A program made the position numbers and the translations under genes. Shown here piece after piece: positions 46,532-54,833 of a stretch of DNA of 59,024 nucleotides. The stretch is from the sequence record KY014601.1. One strand, 5' to 3'. Source of the DNA: Escherichia phage Utah. Each line of letters opens with the position of its first letter. The first letter of the stretch is position 1. The notes under the pieces are model-generated. The model did no database searches. It was not told the origin of the DNA and saw nothing but the letters and a program-made list of their open reading frames with translations.

Positions 46532-47218
46532 TTAAATCTCGTCCCACATCTTGATCCAGCGGTTCCGGATCTTGGCCGATACGTTAGCCAGTGGTGCGCC
46601 GATTTCCAGTAGCGTTTCACGGTCGATATACTCGTTGGGGAAGATGCGGTCAGTCGCCGGGTCGAAGATGTGGATGGCTGCGCCGAACCCGGCCGACGTG
46701 ATTTCGCTGCTGCCTTCCTTCGGCCGGAACCAGACTGGCGGTTCGAACCCGATGCGCCCTTTGATGAAGATGGTGCGCGTGGCGATAGCGTCCGGCCACC
46801 AGCTTTCCGACGTCGCCGCTTTGGTCAGCCAGATGGTGCCAGCGCCTTTTGCCCGTTCCTCGTCGGCCTTGCGCATGATGTGGGTCATCCCGGTAAGCGG
46901 TTCTTTCCCGGCGCGCTTCTGACTGTACGGCGGGTTAGCGTAGGCCCAAACTCGGGTCTTGGCGTCGAATTCGTCGCTGGCGTGGATCTCGGCCAGACGC
47001 TTCGCCCAATCCTGCCGCAGCGCGTTATCTTCGGCCGTAAAGAATCGCTCGCATTTGGCGTTCTGGCCGTCGGTGAACAGGTCGAGCACGATTGGCCCGT
47101 ACAGCTTGTTAATCGCTTGGAACAGCCACTCCGGCGTACGCCATTGGTCGCCTATCCACTTCGGTTCATGCTCGTCTAAACCTTTCAGCGCGTTCAGCGC
47201 ATCAACGTACTGACTCAT
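46532..47218 (-). CDS. DNA N6-adenine methyltransferase (phage Dam-type)
   Basis: 228 aa; N-terminal WRTPEWLF motif and catalytic ANPPY motif IV characteristic of phage N6-adenine MTases. Confidence 0.7.
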   Translation of the reverse strand: MSQYVDALNALKGLDEHEPKWIGDQWRTPEWLFQAINKLYGPIVLDLFTDGQNAKCERFFTAEDNALRQDWAKRLAEIHASDEFDAKTRVWAYANPPYSQKRAGKEPLTGMTHIMRKADEERAKGAGTIWLTKAATSESWWPDAIATRTIFIKGRIGFEPPVWFRPKEGSSEITSAGFGAAIHIFDPATDRIFPNEYIDRETLLEIGAPLANVSAKIRNRWIKMWDEI

Positions 47219-48318
47219 TAAAAAGTTTCTCCGTTCAGCAGGTCTTCGGCCTCAATGTAGAAGGCTTCGTATTTGTCAGCCGCCATCATGGACAGCGGGT
47301 GGGCGCCGGAATATTTACGGATCAGATCGCTGAACGTGGATGCGCTCATTGACGCGTGGATGCGGTTTATCATGTCCTTGACCATCTGCTGCGTGACTGG
47401 TTTTGGCGGAGGTGACAGCAGCAGGTTATCGCACATCGCATGGATGTACGTGACGATCGGTGCTGGCAGGTTCGCCACCAGATTCGCGTCAAGGCGGTAA
47501 TGCGGCGTGTCGAGGTACTCGGCGGCATGGTCAGGGTACGCCCGAAAGCCGGACAGGATCACCATGCGGGCCGTGGTCAGGTCGATGGCCGCCAGTTCTT
47601 CCCACGCGGCGCGGACTGACGCGGACTGTCGGGTGTACCGTACGTTATTCTGCATCGACTTAACCGTGGCGCGCAGCTTTGTGATCTCCCTGTCGTGCTC
47701 GGTGTTATCGTCAGCGTGTCGGCGATGGGCTTCGGCCAACTGGATTTGCAGACTGGTGACAGCGCTTTCCGCCGTATCGAGGCTGCGGGTCTTGGTATCC
47801 AGCGCTTCGCGTAGTGCGGCCAGTTCGCCCGGCGTGATGTTGGCGAGGCGCAGCGGTTCGAAGTCTTTCAGCGTCAGCGGGCCATCGCTGGTCATCTGTC
47901 CGGTCAGGCGCTGTATGTCCTGCATAGCGAGGCTTCCAGCCAGACCGATGCTGGTGGTGCCTGCAATCTTCGCGTATTTAGCGCTGGCACGTACCGTTTC
48001 GAGGATGGTGCTCAGGATCTGCTGGCACTGCTCGCGCTCCCACTCGGTCACTTCTGCGGCCGTTGGCGTAACCGCCGATGGGCGTTTAACTCGCGTCCAG
48101 TGAATGCGGATTTCCCGGGGCATTGCGTCGCCGTCCACCTCGACTTCATCGACTGACTGGATGTTCCCTTCCGGAACGCCGCAGTTATCGAGAAGGTATT
48201 TATGCGCCACGCACAGGATATGATTTGGGGATATGCCGCCTTCCTGCTCGATAGCCATGACGAGGATGTCTTTCAGGCTTTTGTCGTCGGTGATGTAAGT
48301 GACTTTTGGTTCGCTCAT
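47218..48318 (-). CDS. Hypothetical protein
   Basis: 366 aa; central coiled-coil-like region; no motif recognised. Confidence 0.5.
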   Translation of the reverse strand: MSEPKVTYITDDKSLKDILVMAIEQEGGISPNHILCVAHKYLLDNCGVPEGNIQSVDEVEVDGDAMPREIRIHWTRVKRPSAVTPTAAEVTEWEREQCQQILSTILETVRASAKYAKIAGTTSIGLAGSLAMQDIQRLTGQMTSDGPLTLKDFEPLRLANITPGELAALREALDTKTRSLDTAESAVTSLQIQLAEAHRRHADDNTEHDREITKLRATVKSMQNNVRYTRQSASVRAAWEELAAIDLTTARMVILSGFRAYPDHAAEYLDTPHYRLDANLVANLPAPIVTYIHAMCDNLLLSPPPKPVTQQMVKDMINRIHASMSASTFSDLIRKYSGAHPLSMMAADKYEAFYIEAEDLLNGETF

Positions 48319-48989
48319 TTGGATGCCTTTAAGATGTTAGAGAATTCAACGATGTTAACGATTTTGTGCTGGCGGCCGCTGTTCGATCTGGCGAGGCTGG
48401 CCGACTCCATCACGCGAGGATTCATTTCAACGCGCGGCGTGCGCCCGGTACCGTATTGATCCATGCTGCTCATGCGGTCAACGCTGATGCTGTACATCTG
48501 GCTGGCCGTCATCCAGTTACCCATCGTATTGATGAAAAATTCCATCGCCTGCAATGCGTCGAGTGCATAGACCAACGTGGACGCGTTGTCCGTGTACAGC
48601 ACGTACGCGCCGACGGACGGAACAACCTTATCGACGCCGCTCATGTATTCGGCGATCCACTCCGGCGGCACTGGCGGTACCGCTCGACATTCTCCGGACG
48701 CCGGGGTGCCGTACGGATAGGCGAAAGCCGGGCTGGCCGAAACGCGACGTCCGGTGGGCGTGGTCGTAACAGTTGCTTTCGGCTCGTCTTTCGGAAGGTT
48801 CTGGAGACAGGCCGGGCCGCCTTGCCAGCGTTTCCAGATCGTTTTCTTCGGCTCGTCTGACTCCGGAGCGGTACATGGCGGCGGGTCGATGTCATTCGCG
48901 TCCCATGTCTTCTGGCAGTCGCGACAATAAAACTGGTCGCTATGCTGCACGACGGATAAATGACTTCCGCCATTGGCTTCGATTCTCAT
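48315..48989 (-). CDS. Hypothetical protein with N-terminal Cys-rich (zinc-ribbon-like) segment
   Basis: 224 aa; FYCRDCQKTW...PPPC near N-terminus. Confidence 0.5.
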   Translation of the reverse strand: MRIEANGGSHLSVVQHSDQFYCRDCQKTWDANDIDPPPCTAPESDEPKKTIWKRWQGGPACLQNLPKDEPKATVTTTPTGRRVSASPAFAYPYGTPASGECRAVPPVPPEWIAEYMSGVDKVVPSVGAYVLYTDNASTLVYALDALQAMEFFINTMGNWMTASQMYSISVDRMSSMDQYGTGRTPRVEMNPRVMESASLARSNSGRQHKIVNIVEFSNILKASK

Positions 48990-49732
48990 ATCTCAACGTC
49001 CTCTTCTTTCAAAATGCGGAATGCGCCACCGCCGACTTTCCAGCCCTGCCATACGTCGGCCAGAAGCGCCGCCCGGTACTTCCGGCGAAACACGTTGTAG
49101 ATCATGTCCCAATTCTCGGATGGCAGGTCTGACGCGATACCGCCGCTCTCCCAAGCCCAATCGCGAGGCGACTGCGTCAGCCATTTCAGCGGGGGCCGGG
49201 GGTAGACGTACGGATTCGCCAGACCGCAGGCCACCAGCCCGCGTTTAATCCATGCACGTTGCCACCATAAATCGTGAACCGTCTTCCCGGCGATGAATTC
49301 TTCGTCCAGCATCGCGCACAGGATCGTCATGGCGGCCTTTTCTGCGTTCATGGGTACGCCAATGTCGTCCCAATCTTCCAGCGCGGCCCTGACGCCGTCA
49401 GCGCTGCCGTCGTCGTTGCTGGAGGCTGAACGGTCATGCAGGATGACGTCGAAAACCATGAACGGGAACACGACCTGTTCGCCGTTCCGCGTGTATTTCG
49501 GGTTAGGCTCGCTGAACATAGCCGAGTACAGGCGGCGGACGTGGTCTTCGAGATCCGGGACGAAGCCCGTCAGGTTGTCGGTTGTATCGGCGTTAACGAC
49601 TTCAATGTCGGTTCCGTTGGTGCGGATCAGGCAGCGCGGCCCGTATGGCAGGGGGAAAACGTACAGCACTTCTTTCCCGATCAACGCTTGGTTGAAAGGT
49701 ACGAATTTCATTACGTGGGTCTTCATCGGCAT
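48986..49732 (-). CDS. Hypothetical protein, first gene of leftward unit 2
   Basis: 248 aa; ATG 49732 with AAGGAG RBS downstream of promoter 49756-49784. Confidence 0.5.
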   Translation of the reverse strand: MPMKTHVMKFVPFNQALIGKEVLYVFPLPYGPRCLIRTNGTDIEVVNADTTDNLTGFVPDLEDHVRRLYSAMFSEPNPKYTRNGEQVVFPFMVFDVILHDRSASSNDDGSADGVRAALEDWDDIGVPMNAEKAAMTILCAMLDEEFIAGKTVHDLWWQRAWIKRGLVACGLANPYVYPRPPLKWLTQSPRDWAWESGGIASDLPSENWDMIYNVFRRKYRAALLADVWQGWKVGGGAFRILKEEDVEI

Positions 49733-49755
49733 GACTCCTTTGTTATGGTACGGGA

Positions 49756-49784
49756 ATATTAGTCGTACACGCGACGTACGTCAA
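49756..49784 (-). promoter_or_regulatory. Leftward promoter (TTGACG-17-TAATAT) with conserved spacer element
   Basis: -35 TTGACG 49779-49784, spacer TACGTCGCGTGTACGAC, -10 TAATAT 49756-49761. Confidence 0.6.
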
Positions 49785-49808
49785 TAACTTTATTCGGGGC
49801 AAAAGAAA

Positions 49809-49835
49809 GCCCGCGTAAAGGGATTGCGGGCTTTT
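49809..49835 (-). terminator. Bidirectional rho-independent terminator ending leftward unit 1
   Basis: GCCCGC (49809-49814)-loop-GCGGGC (49826-49831) with TTTT on plus side and AAAAGAAA (U-run on minus transcript) on the other. Confidence 0.65.
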
Positions 49836-49921
49836 GGAAGGTGGCATCCGAAGATTACCACTGGCTTAAAGCGGACAACGCAGGAGCCGATAAGGAAGCA
49901 CTATGCCGAGTCCGCAGTTAA

Positions 49922-50197
49922 TCATATGTCGGGGTTACTGTAAATAAGATTCCAGTATTTGTACTCCTTCAAGTCCAGTTCGATGACGCATGGGTCATCC
50001 AGCGCGCTCAGGCAGGTGCCGTAGTCCTCGACAAAGACGCAGGAGGATTCCGGGTGATGCAGCAGTCGCACCCGTCGGTAGTTCAGGTGCCATTCCGGAC
50101 TGAACACATGGTTCTCCGGCTGGCGTATCAGCATGATCTGGCCTGTCGTTCTGACCTGCCAGTATTGGTCTACTTGGGGCGTGGCATAGGCTCCCAT
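49922..50197 (-). CDS. Hypothetical protein
   Basis: Start placed at internal ATG 50197 (RBS AAGGAG) rather than 50329 to avoid 128-nt overlap with upstream gene. Confidence 0.4.
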   Translation of the reverse strand: MGAYATPQVDQYWQVRTTGQIMLIRQPENHVFSPEWHLNYRRVRLLHHPESSCVFVEDYGTCLSALDDPCVIELDLKEYKYWNLIYSNPDI

Positions 50198-50201
50198 TTC
50201 G

Positions 50202-50435
50202 TTACTCCTTTTTGTCCGCTCTGTCCCGGTAAACGCGGGTACCCATCTTCCCGTAGATCTGGTCTTGCAACGTGAACCGGATGGACAGGCGGATGTTAAG
50301 CCGATAGCCCATTCGACGCAGATAGCCAAGATCCTGCGGCTTCACGCCTTCGATAAAGAACGAATCGCCGTCCTTCATCCCGAGCAGAAGTTTTTCGTGA
50401 GTTTCACGCACGCTTTTGTCGGTAGTCGCGGCCAT
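50202..50435 (-). CDS. Hypothetical protein
   Basis: 77 aa; immediately downstream of RdgC-like gene. Confidence 0.45.
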   Translation of the reverse strand: MAATTDKSVRETHEKLLLGMKDGDSFFIEGVKPQDLGYLRRMGYRLNIRLSIRFTLQDQIYGKMGTRVYRDRADKKE

Positions 50436-50437
50436 TG

Positions 50438-51526
50438 TTAAACCTCGTCGTCGTCTTCTTCGTCGTCTTCTTCGTCGTTCAGCGTTCCGGTGTACTCGAC
50501 TACCTGCCCGGCCTCGTCCAGCACGCTGATCACCGCACGCAGGGACTTATCGAGTTGGAACAGGTTAGCCATCATGGTCAGGAACTGGCCGCCGTCGGTG
50601 CCGTAGCGTTCGAGCGTGGCGTCGTAGTTCGCATCAACGTCGGCCTCGCCGATGTGGATACCGGACAGGATGGCTTTGTCGGACAGGCGGAAGTACACGG
50701 TGTCGATGCCCGGGCATTGCGTATCGACTTCGAGATCCAGCGCGCGGACAGTCCAGTGACGTGACAGCAGGTCAACCACCGACTCGTCTTTGAAGATGTC
50801 CGTGTCCTTCATCTTGACGTCGTCGCCATCGTCGTGTTTCAGGTGGATAAACGCATCGCCCTTGATGCCGTCCTGCTGGCCGAGAACCGCGCGCTGCATT
50901 AACTGGCGCAGCTCATACTCGCTCGGCAGGAGGTGTTCGACGGGCCATGTGCCGAGCGCGGTACGGATCAGCGCGCTGCACTCTTCTGCCGTCTTCGCGC
51001 TCGACGTGAACACGTACACGAACGGGGCGGACAGGATGACGTTGACGCGGGAAGGGCGGATAGGCGCGTGTTTCAGCATTTCCGCTTCCACGTCGTCCTT
51101 CATCTGCGCCCAATCCTTGCGGTTCGGCTCCCAACCCTCGATCTCTTTCTCCCGCAACGCGGCCATGCGCTTCACGACTTCATTTCGTACGCTGACGCCG
51201 GGCAACACACGTTCGCGTTTCTCGATCTGGAAGACGATGGCGTTTGTCCCGGGGATGGCGAGGGCGAATTTGCTGTCAACCTCTTCGCCGTACGCTGCAA
51301 AGCCCATTGTCTTGTAAGACGCCTCCGGCGGATCTGACACTTCATGCTTTTCGAGTGCATCGCTTAACGCTCCTTTAGCGAAAGACGTCACCGCCTCTTC
51401 GTCAACGTTCGGCAGATTCAGGATCAGGCGGTGCAGCGGCTTGACCTTCTCGTTACCGTCGTTGGCCGCGTCATACAGCGCGCCGAGGTGCAGGATAATG
51501 GCTTTCTCATAACCCTTGATTTTCAT
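50438..51526 (-). CDS. RdgC-like recombination-associated protein with long acidic C-terminal tail
   Basis: 362 aa; region SALIRTALGTWPVEHLLPSE resembles E. coli RdgC (LALLRKSLGSLPVVPLS); ends ...NDEEDDEEDDDEV. Confidence 0.55.
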   Translation of the reverse strand: MKIKGYEKAIILHLGALYDAANDGNEKVKPLHRLILNLPNVDEEAVTSFAKGALSDALEKHEVSDPPEASYKTMGFAAYGEEVDSKFALAIPGTNAIVFQIEKRERVLPGVSVRNEVVKRMAALREKEIEGWEPNRKDWAQMKDDVEAEMLKHAPIRPSRVNVILSAPFVYVFTSSAKTAEECSALIRTALGTWPVEHLLPSEYELRQLMQRAVLGQQDGIKGDAFIHLKHDDGDDVKMKDTDIFKDESVVDLLSRHWTVRALDLEVDTQCPGIDTVYFRLSDKAILSGIHIGEADVDANYDATLERYGTDGGQFLTMMANLFQLDKSLRAVISVLDEAGQVVEYTGTLNDEEDDEEDDDEV

Positions 51527-51869
51527 TCTCTATGGCTCCCAAGTTGATTAGATTGGCTGGTGCTCCGTGGTACATGGATTGCGCTGCATGGAACATCGCG
51601 GCGCGTAGTGCTTCTTTGGCCGCCCGAAGGCCCGCCATTGATTCAGCGTACTGGTCGCTGACCGTGTTATACGCCGCCTCGTCGTTGTCCAGCGTGGCGA
51701 GGTCGAGCATTTTGGTACTATGGGCCTGCACGTCGTCTTCCATGTCCTTGAAAAACGTCTCAAGGGCAGACAGTTTGCAGGTGATTTGGTCTAACCGGAC
51801 TTTGCGCAGTTCTTGGTACTGCACGCGAACGAATTCAATGCCTTCCACCAGCCACCTCCACGACGACAT
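51507..51869 (-). CDS. Hypothetical protein
   Basis: 120 aa. Confidence 0.45.
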   Translation of the reverse strand: MSSWRWLVEGIEFVRVQYQELRKVRLDQITCKLSALETFFKDMEDDVQAHSTKMLDLATLDNDEAAYNTVSDQYAESMAGLRAAKEALRAAMFHAAQSMYHGAPANLINLGAIENENQGL

Positions 51870-52170
51870 TCTGCACTTCCGGGCATGGCATATTCGTCAT
51901 GGCCCAATCCAGAAACTTCACGATGTACATGCGCATGGCCGCACATTCGTCCGCGCCACGGGCCTTGCCGTGCTTCGCGATGGCCGGGTCGCCGGACTGA
52001 TAGAAGGTCACGCGGTGATTCGTGGCCGACGACACCTTGATCCCGGTGTGCGTGGCATGGATGGTCACGCTGTAGATCCGCTCGATAGCGCGGAACGCCG
52101 GGACGACGTCGATGCGGCCTTTCGGGTGAATAGCGTTGTTCACCATCAACGCGGTATTAGTCGGCTGCAT
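51835..52170 (-). CDS. Hypothetical protein
   Basis: 111 aa. Confidence 0.45.
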   Translation of the reverse strand: MQPTNTALMVNNAIHPKGRIDVVPAFRAIERIYSVTIHATHTGIKVSSATNHRVTFYQSGDPAIAKHGKARGADECAAMRMYIVKFLDWAMTNMPCPEVQNVVVEVAGGRH

Positions 52171-52597
52171 TGAGCGGATCCTCTTTCAGACGGTAGGTGA
52201 TGGTGTCCGGGCGAGTCGCGTCGATTTCCAGTTCAGGCATCTGCCCGGTGATCAGGCGGGACGGCGTAAGAACTGCGGTGCGCAGGCCGTTCTCGAACAT
52301 GATGTTGGCCGCCGTGACCAGCGAAATACTTTCGATGTGGTCTTGGGTCTGGTCGAGGCGGCGCTGTAACAGTTCGACCTTCTCGGCGTTCTCGTCCGGA
52401 ATGTCGAAGGCAGACCGCAATCCGGCGATCAATGCGATGGCGTCCGCGCGGGTCAGGGGGGTGGCGATCTCGGTGTCACCGTTGTCCTTCTCGATGTAGA
52501 TCTCGCCCTCTTTTTGGCCGGGCTTCTTATAGATAAAGGCCGTACGGGCAATGTCTCGTACCGGACTCAGTTCAATAGGGTGGTGCGTTGTTTTCAT
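52157..52597 (-). CDS. Hypothetical protein
   Basis: 146 aa. Confidence 0.45.
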   Translation of the reverse strand: MKTTHHPIELSPVRDIARTAFIYKKPGQKEGEIYIEKDNGDTEIATPLTRADAIALIAGLRSAFDIPDENAEKVELLQRRLDQTQDHIESISLVTAANIMFENGLRTAVLTPSRLITGQMPELEIDATRPDTITYRLKEDPLNAAD

Positions 52598-52668
52598 CGG
52601 TGTGCGTCCTATAGGGTGTCAGGTCAAAAGGGTGGTACGCCATTTTTCAGGCGTGCCGTCCTACGTTT

Positions 52669-53040
52669 TTAAACTTCGTCGTCGTCCGCGACGTCGGTGG
52701 CCGTACAGGTTACGACGGCCTGAATGAACATGCGGCCAGACGGGTAAGTCACCAGTGCGGATTCCATACTGAACCGTTGGCCGTGGTGTTTCATGGCGTT
52801 CCGGATGGAAGAATTAAGGCTGGCCCGCATCTTCGCTTTGAGGGCATTGGCCTCGTCCTGTACCTGCGAAAGCGTACGGTCAAGCGGGAGTTCTTGGGAC
52901 AGGGTGTACACGCCACCGACTTCCAGCGCAATGAGGTTCCCCACGACGCTGTACACGCGCACGCGTGACGGCAGTTCAACATCCGGCTCGGTCGTCATCA
53001 TTGCGCCAGTCAGTTCGGCCGGGCTTAGTTCTTTGCTCAT
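52669..53040 (-). CDS. Hypothetical early protein with acidic C-terminus, first gene of leftward unit 1
   Basis: 123 aa; ends ...TDVADDDEV; promoter 53083-53111 upstream. Confidence 0.5.
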   Translation of the reverse strand: MSKELSPAELTGAMMTTEPDVELPSRVRVYSVVGNLIALEVGGVYTLSQELPLDRTLSQVQDEANALKAKMRASLNSSIRNAMKHHGQRFSMESALVTYPSGRMFIQAVVTCTATDVADDDEV

Positions 53041-53082
53041 TGGGATGGCTCCAGTTGGTTCGTTAAATGTTACGTTCGGAGA

Positions 53083-53111
53083 ACAATAGTTCTACACGCG
53101 ACGTATGTCAA
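53083..53111 (-). promoter_or_regulatory. Leftward early promoter (TTGACA-17-TATTGT) with conserved spacer element
   Basis: -35 TTGACA 53106-53111, spacer TACGTCGCGTGTAGAAC, -10 TATTGT 53083-53088. Confidence 0.55.
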
Positions 53112-53164
53112 TTCATTTCATCCAGTAATTATGATGACCGGGTGACGCTCCAGTTTAGTTTCAG

Positions 53165-53409
53165 CCGGATGACGTTTTGAAGTAAGGCGGGTGGCCGGGC
53201 CGCCGGGCTTCAACCGGGTAACTTTTTCAAGTAAGCGCGGAACGTCGCAACGACAACCGGACAGGTTTTTCAAGTAAGCCCGTCGGCCGGGTGAAATTGC
53301 CCCGACGCTGGTGGACAAAACCGTCAGCCGGGTAGGTTTTTGAAGTAAGGACTGGCCGCGTTGTTCAAAATTTTTCAACCGGGTAACTTTTTCAAGTAAG
53401 CCCGTCGGG
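53165..53409. repeat. Five direct iteron-like repeats, consensus CCGG(G/A)NA(A/G)NNTTTT(C/G)AAGTAAG
   Basis: Copies start at 53165, 53214, 53257, 53328, 53379 (spacing 43-71 bp); followed by AT-rich patch and a GC-rich block 53440-53700; no ORF. Confidence 0.6.
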
Positions 53410-53706
53410 AATTTTTATAGAGAAAGTCAGGCCCGGCGCGGTCTGCCGTTGTGGGCGGTTGTCGTTTTTGGCGGAATTTCGTACAAATCGTTATAAATCA
53501 ATGGTTTAACCTATGCGCCGATCGGCCTGTTTTGGCCCGGTTGGCGTCGGTTTTTCATATAGAATTCAAGGGTTTAGGACGTGGCGCCGCGTGCCGTTTG
53601 GCGGTGTGCCGGGGCGGGGGCCGTGGGGCGCGGCGGTGCAATGCGGCCCGGCGTGGCGATCGGTGGCGCTTTTATGTGCGGTTACTCAAATAATATGAAA
53701 AAAGAT

Positions 53707-53753
53707 TTGACGCACGCCGCGTATATCATCTACATTTGAATTCCCTTCGGGGG
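53707..53753 (+). promoter_or_regulatory. Rightward promoter unit with conserved core and 5' UUCG stem-loop
   Basis: TTGACGCACGCCGCGTATATCAT-CTACAT then CCCTTCGGGGG; about 47-nt unit nearly identical to 56484-56530. Confidence 0.55.
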
Positions 53754-53800
53754 ACGGGGCAAAAAGTCCAGGCGATAAACTAACTTTATGAGGTATCACG

Positions 53801-54058
53801 ATGGAAAAGGTATATAACGCGATCAAGGGTCAGACGTTGCAACATTGGTTAACTATTGCCATCAAGCGCGACGAAAACGGAGACGCGACGGTCGAACTAC
53901 GCAGCACGATCCACGTTAACCGGGTGAGCACGCTTTCTTTTTCATGGGGGAAGGAATTCACCGACGCCGATATTTTGAATGACGCCGATTTATTACGCGT
54001 CATTTATCAGAAGTATGGGCGCGAAATTTTCACCGCTGATTTTACACGTAACATCTAA
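53801..54058 (+). CDS. Hypothetical protein (AT-richer right-arm operon)
   Basis: 85 aa; RBS GAGGT; A/T-rich codon third positions by eye. Confidence 0.5.
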   Translation: MEKVYNAIKGQTLQHWLTIAIKRDENGDATVELRSTIHVNRVSTLSFSWGKEFTDADILNDADLLRVIYQKYGREIFTADFTRNI

Positions 54059-54076
54059 TTTAATAAGGGGATCACT

Positions 54077-54616
54077 ATGCAAACCATTAACACCAAATAC
54101 CATAACGGGAAAATCGTTGCGACGTCGTGGAATGGCTGGACGCGTTCAGAATATGACGCGGCGTTATCCAGTGAGCAAAATCACCGCGCCGCCGCTGAAA
54201 AGCTAATCATTAAACTGAATAAAGGCCGCTCGATGGAATGGGGGATCGTGAATAGTGCGCCATCCGTGCCGGGCGTGCGTGGTAAAGATAACGGCTGGAC
54301 GTTTATTATTGGTTATGTGCCGGAGGTTGCGCCGCTGGATATGTCAATCACTGTTAAATTCTGCCCGGCAACAAATAAAGGCCCGGCGTTTATGCGCGCT
54401 TATTCGTGGTTAGTGCCGCGCGGGATCAAGGTTAACTATTCGCCACGCGTCGCCGACGGGTCAGATATTCAGGCAAACGCACGTTATGCGGCGGGAATCA
54501 TGTTAGACCGCATTAATGAAATATGCCGCGAGGGGGGCGATCTCTTAGGCTGGAAAATCGCGGACTATGTGCAACTTTACGACGGCGATCGCCTGTTCAC
54601 ACTGAAATCTAATTAA
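54077..54616 (+). CDS. Hypothetical protein
   Basis: 179 aa. Confidence 0.5.
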   Translation: MQTINTKYHNGKIVATSWNGWTRSEYDAALSSEQNHRAAAEKLIIKLNKGRSMEWGIVNSAPSVPGVRGKDNGWTFIIGYVPEVAPLDMSITVKFCPATNKGPAFMRAYSWLVPRGIKVNYSPRVADGSDIQANARYAAGIMLDRINEICREGGDLLGWKIADYVQLYDGDRLFTLKSN

Positions 54617-54630
54617 TCCGGGGGCGCGTC

Positions 54631-54831
54631 ATGTTAATGGCTATTATCTTGATCGGTTATTCAATAATTGCGGCTGTTATATATCACGACGCGCGGGCGG
54701 TGTGGCGTCGCTGTAAGGTTGAGCGCCGTTATTCTTTCGGGCGCAAAACGTTTTATTTACGCGAGCGTAAAACGGGCCGTTTGATCGGCTGTTCAAATAA
54801 TTTTTTCACTCTTCTGTTACAAGGGGCGTAA
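54631..54831 (+). CDS. Small hypothetical membrane protein
   Basis: 66 aa; N-terminal hydrophobic MLMAIILIGYSIIAAVIY. Confidence 0.4.
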   Translation: MLMAIILIGYSIIAAVIYHDARAVWRRCKVERRYSFGRKTFYLRERKTGRLIGCSNNFFTLLLQGA

Positions 54832-54833
54832 CC

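Noticed and set aside
53451-53698. ORFs 53451-53693 and 53513-53698 in the divergent control region
   Set aside because: Gly/Arg-rich translations from a GC-rich non-coding block between the iterons and the rightward promoter; no RBS.
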